Made by a program: the position numbers and the translations under genes
Origin: Phoronis australis
Lineage: Eukaryota > Animalia > Phoronida
Length of the DNA: 64,000 nucleotides
Direction: 5' to 3'
Assembly (NCBI GenBank): GCA_002633005.1
Contig: NMRA01000239.1
Span: forward strand, 124,001 to 188,000
Notes under the pieces: generated by a model
Told to the model about the DNA's origin: nothing
Databases searched by the model: none
What the model saw: the letters and a program-made list of their open reading frames with translations, nothing else
Shown here: positions 39,001-49,025 of the stretch, one piece after another
Layout of the letters: each line of letters opens with the position of its first letter
Position numbering within the stretch: the first letter of the stretch is position 1

Positions 39001-40006
39001 TGAGTCCTTATTTGGCATCTGTGCTGTATATGATGGGAACGATGGGCGCATACCAACGCACGGTGTTACTTTTGGATTTATAAGAGGTATCAAGTTTAAC
39101 CAGTTCCTTAGTCTTTTTCTTTTGTGTTGGAGAAACTCCAATGGACATTTGAAAATTAATTACTGATGGACAGTTTCATGGTAAAATATTTTTTTCTGAA
39201 AATGTTTTCTGTTATCGGAAACTGAAAATTTCACCTTTTCTGTTCATCTTACATTAATAGATGTTACTTTTTTCCTGTTACTTTCTTCCACTGCAGGTCC
39301 TACATGGAAAAGATGTATAACTACACCGAGCTGGCAGTGGAATTGAACGAGTTGGAGGAGGGCGTGGCACCTACAGACTCGCGCCTACGGCCAGACCAAC
39401 GGATGATGGAGAACGGTGACTGGGATGGTGCCAACAAGGAGAAGTTGAGACTTGAGGAGAAACAGCGGGCGGCACGCCGGCGGCGGGAGACTGAAATGGA
39501 GGCTGCTACTGCATCAGGTAAGTGATGCAAGCCTGGCTTTGTACGTAGTTTGTTATCGAAATAAGGTAGACACAATCTTGTCGAAGTCGTGACCATGAAA
39601 AAATGGAATGGAAAAAGTCAGTCAGTTACAAATTGTGAGTGTGCAGAGGGTAACTTATCTGCACAGATAAAGACAACATGTACAGAAAGTCAGATTATAA
39701 TGGGAGACTTTCAACTAGCAGCTTTATGATTGATCACATGCGATCAGATACCAGTGGCCTCTAGAGGACGAGGAGGCATTTTATAACTTTTGTTTAAAAC
39801 GCACTCCATGTAATCACATACACTGTAAAAGAGTCTTTTCATGAAGTCAACCTGTTCCCCTAGGTGCTGAACACTCAGGCTACCAGCCAGCATGGTTCAG
39901 GAAGGAGATTGACAACACAACGGGCAACCCTATACATGTGTTCAACGATGAATATTGGCTTCATAAAGATAAACAAGACTGGTCAAGGAGTGGCGACATC
40001 TTCTGA
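5901..40006 (+). CDS. OSBP: Oxysterol-binding protein (OSBP1/OSBP2-like), whole spliced gene, 13 coding exons, ~761 aa
   Basis: join(5901-6025,9646-9851,17846-18099,25735-25927,27446-27548,28841-28991,34433-34588,35063-35308,36458-36575,37604-37803,38410-38579,39297-39517,39864-40006) = 2286 nt, all GT-AG with matching phases. Motifs: PH domain [22 protein letters not shown]-like [37 protein letters not shown]-terminal DIF*. Confidence 0.95.
6543..6694 (-). mobile_element. Solo LTR (152 bp) of the tRNA-bearing miniature LTR element
   Basis: Reads TGTTGTA...CTACA on the minus strand; 4-bp TSD ACTG at 6539-6542 and 6695-6698; contains A box TAGCTGAATGG and B box GGTTCGATCCC. Confidence 0.85.
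6747..7596 (+). mobile_element. Non-autonomous miniature LTR retrotransposon (TRIM) with tRNA-like LTRs (Helenus-like)
   Basis: 5' LTR 6747-6902 (TG...CA); PBS TGGCGTAGTCGGCA 6905-6918 (complement of the tRNA-Ser 3' end); ~220-bp internal region; PPT AAGAAAGGGGGGAA 7110-7123; 3' LTR 7124-7596, interrupted at 7170-7481; TSD GTAA at 6743-6746 and 7597-7600. Confidence 0.9.
7170..7481. mobile_element. MITE inserted in the 3' LTR
   Basis: Termini GTGGCAGATCC / AAATCCGCCTA; direct repeat (T)GTTAGCTA (8-9 bp) at 7161-7169 and 7482-7490; related element at ~52670-52832. Confidence 0.8.
7995..8070 (+). mobile_element. Degenerate tRNA-derived SINE head
   Basis: A-box-like TGGTGAGTCTGGTTAGG and B-box-like GGTTCGAAAC at tRNA-like spacing. 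Confidence 0.45.
9646..9851 (+). CDS. OSBP: OSBP exon 2 (C-terminal half of PH domain), copy A
   Basis: Acceptor TTTCCAG; [16 protein letters not shown]...[21 protein letters not shown]; donor GTACGT; 206 nt. Confidence 0.92.
11479..11684 (+). CDS. OSBP: OSBP exon 2, copy B (probable allelic/assembly duplicate)
   Basis: Same peptide as 9646-9851; lies within the duplicated block that follows the n at 10513. Confidence 0.75.
12115..12300 (-). mobile_element. tRNA-derived SINE fragment (second copy at ~10285-10470)
   Basis: Minus strand GGTCGCGGGTTCGAGTCCCACTGGGTCCC (B box/T arm) followed by a non-tRNA body; A box truncated. Confidence 0.55.
12373..12817. mobile_element. MITE with ~30-bp TIRs (PIF/Harbinger-like)
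   Basis: CTGTGCCGGGTTGCATGAAATGGTCCTAAATAGG vs CCTATTCGGGACCATTTCATGCAACCGGGCACAG; CTG/CAG ends. Confidence 0.8.
13365..14850. repeat. Unclassified interspersed repeat with internal subrepeats
   Basis: (AAT)n near 13505; recurring TTTTGTCCGTTCTTGATT, CTCCTACATTT and CAAACTT modules; boundaries approximate. Confidence 0.45.
16147..16690. mobile_element. Possible Kolobok-like non-autonomous DNA transposon remnant
   Basis: TTAA-AAGGACC at the left end, GGTCCTCTGTAA at the right end; short TIR only. Confidence 0.3.
16677..16770. repeat. Three copies of a ~31-bp tandem repeat ATGAGGTCCTCTGTAACTTACTGTGTTGTC
   Basis: Directly visible. Confidence 0.85.
17846..18099 (+). CDS. OSBP: OSBP exon 3 (coiled-coil/dimerisation region)
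   Basis: TTCAG acceptor; DEEEEDL...[16 protein letters not shown]...[16 protein letters not shown]; donor GTACAA. Confidence 0.92.
20269..20587. mobile_element. MITE with ~20-bp TIRs
   Basis: CTGACACGGAGCAAATTGA vs TCAATTTGCTCCATGTCAG. Confidence 0.65.
23682..24790. mobile_element. Non-autonomous piggyBac-like element (~1.1 kb)
   Basis: TTAA|CCAGTCACCAG ... CTGGTGACTGG|TTAA: perfect 11-bp TIR, CC...GG termini, TTAA TSD; no transposase ORF. Confidence 0.75.
25735..25927 (+). CDS. OSBP: OSBP exon 4
   Basis: TTTCAG acceptor; [45 protein letters not shown]...; donor GTGAGT, phase 1. Confidence 0.92.
27446..27548 (+). CDS. OSBP: OSBP exon 5 (FFAT-like motif)
   Basis: TTGCAG/CAG acceptor; [34 protein letters not shown]; donor GTAGGT; not in the ORF track. 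Confidence 0.87.
28841..28991 (+). CDS. OSBP: OSBP exon 6
   Basis: CCGCAG acceptor; (H)KRTGSGIS resembles HKRTGSNIS of vertebrate OSBP; donor GTAAGC, phase 0. Confidence 0.85.
29272..29625. repeat. 39-bp minisatellite, ~9 copies
   Basis: Unit TACATCACAATTTACCCTTTTCATTACAACTGGTATTTT; explains the 13-aa repeat ORFs at 29253-29750. Confidence 0.95.
30889..31155. repeat. 17-bp minisatellite (GTGATATTGCCATWCAT)n, ~15 copies
   Basis: Directly visible. Confidence 0.93.
31820..31900 (+). mobile_element. tRNA-derived SINE head / tRNA pseudogene
   Basis: GCTCCCGATGACTCAGTGGACTAGAG (A box) ... CCGGGTTCGAATCCCAGTGGGGGTA (B box); anticodon arm non-canonical. Confidence 0.65.
32372..33180 (+). mobile_element. 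5'-truncated Penelope-like retroelement (Neptune-type linker plus GIY-YIG endonuclease) in OSBP intron 6
   Basis: [10 protein letters not shown]...[50 protein letters not shown]...RFRNH...REQYWIDKL; frameshifted (P)HGLN terminus; AT-rich 3' tail with a hammerhead-like motif. Confidence 0.9.
33107..33146 (+). ncRNA. Degenerate hammerhead-like motif in the Penelope pLTR
   Basis: TTTG-TTGATAA-AGGAAG-loop-CATCC-GAAA-ATTT-CAAA; core deviates from CUGANGA. Confidence 0.4.
34433..34588 (+). CDS. OSBP: OSBP exon 7 (start of ORD lid)
   Basis: KSDSK...[33 protein letters not shown]; donor GTAAGT. Confidence 0.92.
35063..35308 (+). CDS. OSBP: OSBP exon 8 (ORD)
   Basis: [17 protein letters not shown]...[15 protein letters not shown]...SICEQ; donor GTGGGT. 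Confidence 0.95.
36458..36575 (+). CDS. OSBP: OSBP exon 9 (ORD signature)
   Basis: [39 protein letters not shown]; completes EQVSHHPP across the intron; donor GTAAGT. Confidence 0.95.
37604..37803 (+). CDS. OSBP: OSBP exon 10 (ORD)
   Basis: [37 protein letters not shown]...[11 protein letters not shown]; donor GTAAGG. Confidence 0.95.
38410..38579 (+). CDS. OSBP: OSBP exon 11 (ORD)
   Basis: [29 protein letters not shown]...LWKRKYP; donor GTGAGT, phase 2. Confidence 0.92.
39297..39517 (+). CDS. OSBP: OSBP exon 12 (ORD)
   Basis: [18 protein letters not shown]...[34 protein letters not shown]; donor GTAAGT. Confidence 0.95.
39864..40006 (+). CDS. OSBP: OSBP last coding exon
   Basis: [47 protein letters not shown]; TGA at 40004-40006. 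Confidence 0.93.
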
Positions 40007-43000
40007 GCATGTGTCGCAGATGAGCCTTTGTGTGCTGTTGGTTCAGAAGGGAGGGGATTACTGGGTGCTACCACGACGACGTTTAAATATAGAACCCTGT
40101 TGCCAAGCGCTTTGTGAATATGCTCAAGTGTATTTAAATGAATTGTTGCACAAACCCTTCATGTGACTTTGTTAATAATTTGGTGGCAATGTTAGGTTTG
40201 ATTCCATGTCCATTTTCAAGTACATGTGTGGTAATAATGTAACAAGTTTACGAGAGAAAATCAAAATTAATGAATGAACTGTATCGCATGCTGGTCCCAA
40301 CTACGTGAGCAGTGAGTCACAATAAGCAGACGTTAAACTGTGGTAATGCACTGCAGAGTTTGAGTCTTCAAATGATACCGTGTATTGGGTAACTGGAAAA
40401 TTGTGCTCTACCCCCTCTCTCTCTTGCTTCATATTGATTTCTAAAGTTTGTGTTCTACGGCGCCTTTTCCATTTTACCCGAGCCACTTAGAAGTTGTTAG
40501 TGGCCCATGTTGCCAATGTATACACATGGGTTACGTTTGTGTTGCTGTCACATTTCTATAGCTTTAAATTGATACTGGTTATAAAGAGTTATAAAGAGTG
40601 ATCTTGTCAAAGTGCTAGGAATGCAATCATGATATGATGAAATCGAGGCCCTTCTGTGAATACTAATTAGTACCATATGTAGCTTGGAAGAACTTAATAT
40701 GGTTATTACAAGTGCAATACGTAGAAACTGGAACTAGAAATGCGATAGGAATTATGATATCCTGCGAGTAATATCCATAGCCTAGTATTGTTTAGTTACC
40801 TGCTATTACTTCTAGAAAATTTCGTTGTTTGTTTAGTCAAATTAACCCCTCTATCGCCTAGAGTAAACTCATTTCGTAACAATATATTGGACCATTATCA
40901 GGTGGCACATGCTTCCTGTTGTGTGCCAAGGTATGTGGGACACAGTGCATGTATACTTTAAGTAGAGTAAAGGTTGTCCTGATTCTGTTGTTAATGGTAT
41001 AGTTCATTGTAAGGGGTGAGCAGACTGTTCCACTATTCTGGAGGTGTAACCAGCGAGGTGACAGTATGAATCAATAAAACCAAAATGATTTTCAAATCCT
41101 TGATAGCAGAATAAAATTATCCGCTCAAAATCATTTCCCAGATGCTTGTAATTATGTGGCCATGTTTTTCAGAGTTTACTGAACTTTTCAGACATGAAGT
41201 AAACGTAGCCTCAGAACATCCTGTGAAAAGTTCGAAGGCCTTCATTCTTGACCATGTTGTTCTTAAGTTAAAAGGCCTTTTAAGTTGATCCCAGACAAAG
41301 ATTTGTCTCTAGAATTAATGTTTTATAAAAAACAAGGAGACTTGTGCTGACAATTTTCCTCGCGTATGCACATTTGAACATGAAGGGCTGAACAAATGAA
41401 TAGTTGCATATGTCGACTAAAAAGTGAAAGATGTTTGAAGGGCATGAATTTTGGAAGTACATGCAAGCATAAACTATAGTGCATGGACCACCAACTCCGT
41501 ATATTTTCAATGGACGAAATCTGTGATGTTACGCATAAGCCATGAGGTCACTATTCACTAGCGACACGTGGCAAAATTAGCTAGTTTTACTCTGGGCAAG
41601 TACGTCGTCTACTAATCATGGTCGATTGTTGTGTGGTCGGGTGCCAAAAGTACTCACAATACCAACAGTTCTATTATTGGAAAACTTTGAACAACGTTTC
41701 AGTGCCAAAATTTCTTTTTTTCACTGTACTGGACAGTAAAATAGATACGAGAATGCATTTCCCGTCACAATATACTAACCGGAAACTGAAATTGGTAATT
41801 TAGGAGAGTGGTGCCTCCTCCAGGATACTACGCAAGAAAATCTTGCGAATCTGTTGTCTATAAGATATGATGCAAGTATTCATTTACGTCAAGCATGGGT
41901 CGCAATGCATCAGAACACTTAGTGTCATTACTCTGTGTGGGCTTTCACTAATAAAGGCCAAAGACTCGCATACTAAACTTACCATTGTAGCGTTAGAGGT
42001 GTGTTGTTATTTGTGCTTCCACGTGTGTAGTCAGAGGTTAATAGTTCCTAATGTAACGATGAATATTCATGGTAGTGTTCAGAAACTGATGTACAGGTCT
42101 ATGCTTCAATACAAAAGCTGCGACTCGCAAAATGGAAAAGCTGCGGCTCGCAATTCTTTTTGTCAAACTGGATCAAAAAAAATTGTTGAGTGAGGGCATC
42201 TTCAGGATCAAGTCAAGCATAGGATATATCCTGAAAAAATAGTACTTCCGTGTGGAACATTTAGGCAACAGGATTATGGTTCATGCCAAGGTCTAAATAC
42301 CAGTAAGTAAGTTTTCGTGTTTATTATCAAGCAAATACATTGCCTAGTTATTTTACTAGAAATCGCTGGATCCATAGTAATATAACATTCTTACCCATTC
42401 CTGTAAACTGCTGTGAGCCCTGCTTCTGTCCCGAATGTGTAGCTGTAGATGAAGAATGTAGTCAAAGGTAGTCAATTGGTTTGCCGCAATTGCCGTCAAT
42501 TATTTTACCTTGTGTATTCTGTATAGTGGTGCCTAAAGCAGTTGTACTCAGAGTGGGTATACGTTACATATTGAGACCACCTTAGGGACCTGTAGTTAAC
42601 TTTAGGCAACATCAGACTAGTCCTATGTTTGTAGTCTCTGTGATGTTTATGCCAGCTGCAACTGGTGAATTTAACTTGTGCATTGATTTTGAGCTCTGTC
42701 ATTAGTTGATAATCACACCTCATTGTTGATATTTATGTTAATTAAAGGTTAATATATCAAAACAATTTTTTGTGATAAAATGTGTAACTGGTATTGCTTT
42801 GGAGTTATGACAGAAATGGCTCTCGACATTCAAACGAACCAGCTCAGCCAGGACACGAGTCCCGAGGAGCACCGACCCCATCTGGTGGGACTAGAAAATG
42901 ACAAAGTTTTAGCCACCAATTGGCTGTAGTTGATTGTTGGGGTGGAGTCATATCACTCAACTAAATTTAAATTTTTCAGTGTAATATACTGCAAAGATTT

Positions 43001-43477
43001 TGCACAAGTCAAACATACCTTGGTATGAAGGTATAGCACTTCATGTTATTATACAAGTTCAGAAATGTACATGACAATGTATCCAGCTTATCTCATTGAG
43101 ATTAAACAATAGGTAATAACAGACATCAGCTGCCTTCCCAGGCATAATTCCATAACATGCATAAATCACATTTGCTGTGGAGTCGCCGTGAAAGAATTAC
43201 TTTTACGTCAAATGTGTCAATATTTTGAATTTCACAATCTCGGATGGTGCAGTGCAACCCACGTTACAAAAGTCTTGCATTCAAGCACACCCCACAATAT
43301 CTGCGTATTTAGAGCATTATCAAAATAGCTCTTGACATTATTATAACCCATTGTGATAGTCTGTTCATGCCACTGGCCAAGTCCACGAAGCTGACTATCT
43401 TGAAGAACACAACTGAATTTCCTTCTATAATTTTCAGCCAGGTAGTCAGATAGCTTGATTACGAGACTTGCCCATTA

Positions 43478-43559
43478 TCATAAGTCCATAAAATCGTCCA
43501 GGTCGTCATTCGCACACACATCTGTCTTGTTTTCCTGACTGTTGAGGGCCATAATGTCA
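43478..43559 (-). CDS. CCDC117: CCDC117-like last coding exon
   Basis: Acceptor TTCCAG; SDIMALNSQENKTDVCANDDLDDFMDL*. Confidence 0.72.
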
Positions 43560-46500
43560 CTGGAATGCAAAACATGTCAGTTCCCAGTTCTAGAATAGTG
43601 TTGTTCATGGACATAAGGAGCAAGCTACACAATTCAGAAAGTGAAAGTGAACAATCAAAGTCTACAGGCATGCTGGTGACAGAACAACATCCTACATTTG
43701 TAAATACTTCACACGCTTAAATAAAACTACATCTAACCATTTTTTCCAACTAAACTTGAAACTTAAAGGGCTTAACATCCAATGTCTGAAAAAAGTTAAA
43801 ACGTTGACCCATGTCACCAAATTTAAAAACTAAGAGCAACTGGTAAATGGTGCCTGTAAAACTGGACTTCACTGGTTTCAGATAAGAAGTGATTTCCAGT
43901 TATAAGGAATAACTGAACAATGAACTCGCTAAAACATGAAGTCCTGGTATACACCAGGAATAACAGGGTCATCATTCAAATAGAAAAGGTGAGGTTGTGT
44001 GACTTACCACTAGATACAGACACACCCTATGGCTTTACCTGACAAAATGCTAGAAATGCAATCACTCCGCATACATTAAAACTCGTGTAAGTCAGACATT
44101 CATTTGCCTGAGTTTTGGTCAACTCTGACAAAGTTCTGCAGTAGGATTGTTCTAGCTTGTGCACTCGGCCATTCAAATAAGTCCGATTTTGCCGTATTCG
44201 GAAGAAATCTCAGTCCTTACCTGTCAACTGATATAGCACCATTGTCCTCAGTGGAACTATCAACATTGGGTTCCTTGAGATGGCCTTCAATGATTTCAGA
44301 TATTTGGCTACCAGGTGGTCTCCACAGTACAACCTGCATGGATGGGTGGGTCCTAGGGAGACAAGTGGTTTACTTAATGTTGTGATACTACAGTCAAACC
44401 ATGCTACAATGAACCCTCCATGAACCTTTGTAACCTGTTTGCCATAACCGAAGTTTGTCGTAACTAAATCAATTTGGAGATACAGTACAGTTGGCTGGAG
44501 ACTATCAGAATAGAACGTTACAAACCAGCTTCGTCTGCAATGTGATTCGACCATATGAAAAGAGGTACAAGTCCACTCTTAACAGGAACTTGTCAGAAAA
44601 ACACAACACTTGTTCAAGAAATTGGGAAAACAGATTAGTCACACTGATGAACAAACACTATAGGCAAGTGGGAGACGCAGACAAATTTAATGAAAATCCA
44701 TCAAATAACCAGGTAGACATAGAAGCAGACGTAAAATGACAAATTATCACTAGGGGGCACAACAGCAGTTAGATCTGTCCTCTACAGAACTATGCCTCCG
44801 CATTTCCATTAAGATCCAGACGCTGCAATATGCACGTAAATAACGACTAATGTATTTGCACAACCCTTGAAAATGCATGTAAAATGAAAAGTCCACAGCA
44901 TACCAGCTTTGTATACAGGCCTTTGGTAGTATCTCTTGTGCTGTGCGTATGTGCTGTGACACTTCTTGTGACAAGACAAGGCGAGATTCGTTGACCAGCA
45001 TGGTCTGTTCATTATTATTGGCATCCTCTTCGTCATCGTCCACTTGAAGCCTGCGATGACAAATGAAATCACCTCATCAGTTAATGACAACGATATTCAT
45101 TTTGACCAACACCCATGTTTGACTACAAAAGGCCACACATGAATATTCCACATTTTCACCATATAACGGATATGTTCTGGTATATGCTTAATAATCTATA
45201 CAATCGTGACTTTTGGTTCATTTAGAGAACAGACATCTTAATTTGTAAAATTCTTCAGTTTGGGACACTAATTTCTGTCAATAAAAGTAACTCTTCAGGA
45301 AAATTTACTTTCCATCTGGAAAAGTTTAAAATAGCTTTTACTATAACACAACATTTGGTAAAATTTTGAGCATTTACAAGAAATGTGGTACGCATCCGAA
45401 AAACAGAAATATGGCCATTTTAATCAGTTTGTACCAAAGTGAAGAATTTTTACTGTAGTACTATCTAACCAGGATTTGAGCATCTTAAATAAACACTGAT
45501 TGACTAACAAATGGTACAGCTGCTATTTTAACTCATTTTTTACATGAAGCAGTGGACATTTCTTCAGTTACGTACGCCAAAAAACAAACACAAAAACAAA
45601 GGCTGAGTCAATTCTCAGTTTATTTGCTAAGTGCTAAATATTGTGTACCAAGAAAAATGCAATCACACTTAAATCATGATTAACATAAAATATGAAGTTC
45701 ATAACGAGTTCATACTCAATACAAAAACATTGTATTGATTATTAACTACAAACTTAAGAAAGAATTAAAATTAGGTTTTATAAAATCACTTTTCTCCCAC
45801 ACAAGATCACACAGTATGTGTGTGACAGTAAGCATTGCATTAAAAAACTATACTCTTTTTTAAAACCTTGAAAACGAAACAAAAATTAGAGCACCCTGAC
45901 ACGAAAAGCGGAAAACACACTTTACCAACACATTACATGAGTGCAGGTAGGATGTAATAAAAGTTAACCAAAAGATTCTACGCATGCAAAATAATTTCAT
46001 TTCTCTTGAATGGGAGAGACATAGGCAAAGTCCACTAGTCACATGATACTGGTGATCCCTGTCACCAACTAGCTGCATAAGCAGACACTGTAAGCAATGC
46101 AGCGGCAAACACAGAACCAGCGTTTGACAAAAAAGTACCAAAGAAAGAAGTAACAACCAGAAGACGATAACGGCCACAATTTCTCTAGGCCATTTGATCA
46201 CTGTACTTTCAAGAAGCTGGACAATTTACCTGCTATCCAGTTCCTCTAGCATTTCATGACCTCGCCTGGCTGACCAGTTCGATTCGTCACCCACACCATC
46301 GCCACCTTCAGGACACGCCCGCCACAACCTTGTTGGCTGGCTGATTGAAACAGATGGCCTCGCTGTAATGTCCTCACGATGAAGACTGAGATCTTTCAAT
46401 CTCGCCTCAGTAATATGAAGCTTAGAAGTGTAGTTGAGTTCCCTATTCAAATGGAAGTCACAAGATAAGCTTATGTTTAGAAACTAGTTTATAATGACAT

Positions 46501-49025
46501 TGACCTCATTTTGCCCATAAACAAACGATATGAAGGCAAGCCCCAAAACCTCCTTGTCTGTGATGTCACTCTTAACAGCTAAATGTTTTAGGTAAATGCA
46601 AAGGTTGAATTGAAAACAGCACAAACTGTTAAAAGAGTATCAAAAGCTAAGCCGTCATCAACACGCACAGTAAAAACGTGAAAAAGTCAAAACTTCACCT
46701 TTAAATGGCAAGGTTGGATTGGCTAAAATGTTATGTGAAACATTCAACAGTCAAGGTGAGTCGGTGATTGCAACTCAAAACATCTGTTCTCAGTTTGATC
46801 TGCCGATTATTTACAGACTCCTGGGACACATTCAGAATTGACTGTGATAACTTACTGTCTTTCACTCACACTGATGGAAGGAATATCTAAATTTACCCGT
46901 TATTCGCTTCAGTTACAAATGTCAATTTAAGTGAACAAGTAGTAACTTACTCATCTGAATGCCTTTTTCTTGACTTTCGTCGCTCCTCCGACATCCTACT
47001 AAACAAACTGACAAATCACAGAAGACCACAGCAACATGGGAAAATCAATGCTTGAAACGGTCTACATTTTTCCAACATTTCAATTATTACAAACAATTGT
47101 TAGTTACTGAGACAATCTCTATAAATTACTTCTACACTTTGATGTGTTCATAATTACTTGGCTAAAGTTTTCCTACCAATTGTGAAGTGGGTTCGTTAGA
47201 CCAAACTTCTGCCTTAAAGTGGAGCATGCATGCTAATTCCCTATCTCTGTGATTGCTTGGCCGAATTAGTTGGAAACAAAACATATAGCGACGATGCGAT
47301 CATGAATTAGGTTGCCAAGTGTTTTTAAGAACATTTTTACCGTGTCCAGTAAGTATCGTGGGGAATAAGACTGCATGATGAAGGCTATGAGAACCCGCGA
47401 GATATGTCATTAGTGCAAAGGTCAATTACTTTCAGATTTATTTGTTTTCACATTTACAATTCGTCAATGCATACAACTGCAATTTGTTTAGCATAGATTA
47501 TGTTCAAATAGCATTGTCGTTTAGTTTCAGCTTCACATTTGCATAGTTTGGAGCATGGAAATACATCTTCAAGTCTTTAGTCACAGACCTTTAGGCTCGC
47601 GCAATAATGGATTGTCAGTTCTTTCTAAGATTAGAAATCCTCTCTACTTCCAGTAAACATCAATTTGAGACTAATTTCTTCAACTGCAAGTGGCAAAAAT
47701 CAAAAGCAAATGTTAATATAAGCTTTAACCATGAATTGCGACAGTCCATTCAGTAGCCATACCAAACTACTGTCAAAGGTTAAAAGTTTATCTGACCCAT
47801 TACACTTTTAAATAAGACAGCCTTGATTACACACAAATGTGTACTAACTTGAGAATGCTTCGATGGAAATATTTGAAGCCAAAGAAAATGGGTTTGGGAA
47901 GGGTAAATTTTTTATTAGGGTCTCTTTGACCCATTGCTCTGCAACAGCCCAAGGTTGTCACAAACTTCATATTCATGGAAGGGAATGGTGCTGCTGAGGT
48001 ACACTTTTAAGGAAGTGGGTGCTCAAGGTGCACAGAGTCGGTAATTTAATAAGATAAAGCTTCGTGTAAACTAAAGCCAAGGTAAGGTAAATGTACCATC
48101 TAGATATAACCAAGGTAAGGTAAATGTACCATCTAGATATAACCAAGGTAAGGTAAATGTACCATCTAGATATAACCAAGGTAAGGTAAATGTACCATCT
48201 AGCTATAACCAAGGTAAGGTAAATGTACCATCTAGATATAACCAAGGTAAGGTAAATGAACCATCTAGATATAACCAAAAATGCACGCTCTCATACCTCA
48301 ATCACTTCTTGCTTACCAGACACCAAGCAAGTTTCTATTGCATCACAAAAAATAGCACTCAAGCCTTACCTGTCCACAGATTTCCCATCAAACTGGACAG
48401 TGTGTCCCATGCACTGTGACCAAGGAAACCTCCCAGGTACACTATGCAACCAACCACTTTTATCAGAAGTATCTGGCTCACGATTACTTGCTTCTGATAC
48501 ACTTTCAGGTTCTTCAATGTTCAGCAAGTCCAATCCACTAAGACGTGAGGCATCTTGTCGACTATTGACCGAGCTGTTTAAAGAGTTTGTCCAAGTATTG
48601 CACATTTGTTGACTAGCTCCAGCAGTGACCTGTTGGCAGCCATTTACTGCGTAAGTGTTCAGTCTTGGCTGAACACTGGTGGGAGTATAACTGACATGGT
48701 ACCCTGGTATAGTGGGCTGCAGGACAGAGCCTGGCATCTGAGGCTGGGTGAATGTGGTTGGTATATGATAGCCTCCCCTGTACAAACTGTTTGCTGAGCT
48801 CATTCTGTGCTGACCAACAAGCAATTGCGTGGACGACGGAATACCAGCTGCGTAAGGGCTAGACGCCGAATTTGTGGGTGTCTGACTGCCCAGTCTGAGC
48901 AAGTCTGGATTAGACATTAGTGTACTGGTAGACTGCAACTGTGGCATGGCGTTGCGTACCATGTGTTCAGTAGTACCAAGTATGAGATCAGGTGTTGATA
49001 GGTGAAGACTACGATCAGAATACAT
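43478..49025 (-). CDS. CCDC117: CCDC117-like protein, ~425 aa, 6 coding exons
   Basis: complement join(49025-48370,46998-46951,46442-46230,45050-44904,44352-44221,43559-43478) = 1278 nt, all introns phase 2 GT-AG. Motifs RKRHSDEE...KLHITEARL, RLVLSQEV...EILPKACIQSWTHPSMQVVLWRPP (cf. CCDC117 RPSMELVLWKP) and acidic C-terminus DDFMDL* (cf. EEMEL). Start codon uncertain. Confidence 0.75.
44221..44352 (-). CDS. CCDC117: CCDC117-like exon carrying the conserved motif
   Basis: WTHPSMQVVLWRPPGSQISEIIEG...; acceptor CCCTAG, donor GTAAGG. Confidence 0.8.
44904..45050 (-). CDS. CCDC117: CCDC117-like exon
   Basis: RLQVDDDEEDANNNEQTMLVNESRLVLSQEVSQHIRTAQEILPKACIQS; donor GTATGC. Confidence 0.78.
46230..46442 (-). 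CDS. CCDC117: CCDC117-like exon
   Basis: EELNYTSKLHITEARLKDLSLHRED...MLEELDS; donor GTAAAT. Confidence 0.72.
46951..46998 (-). CDS. CCDC117: CCDC117-like exon (basic, NLS-like)
   Basis: TTTAG/TAG tandem acceptor; SRMSEERRKSRKRHSD; donor GTAAGT. Confidence 0.7.
48077..48278. repeat. 33-bp minisatellite, 6 copies (CCAAGGTAAGGTAAATGTACCATCTAGATATAA)
   Basis: Directly visible; explains the LVISRWYIYLT repeat ORF. Confidence 0.95.
48370..49025 (-). CDS. CCDC117: CCDC117-like first coding exon (long low-complexity N-terminus)
   Basis: Part of the 271-aa ORF; acceptor TTTTCAG near 49076; first in-frame ATG at 49025; donor GTAAGG. Confidence 0.65.

Noticed and set aside
44008-44038. Extra 31-nt minus-strand exon in the CCDC117-like gene
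   Set aside because: It has AG/GTAAGT signals but introduces an immediate in-frame stop; it cannot be distinguished from chance without RNA data.
47973-48278. 101-aa hydrophobic repeat ORF
   Set aside because: Translation of the 33-bp minisatellite inside an intron.
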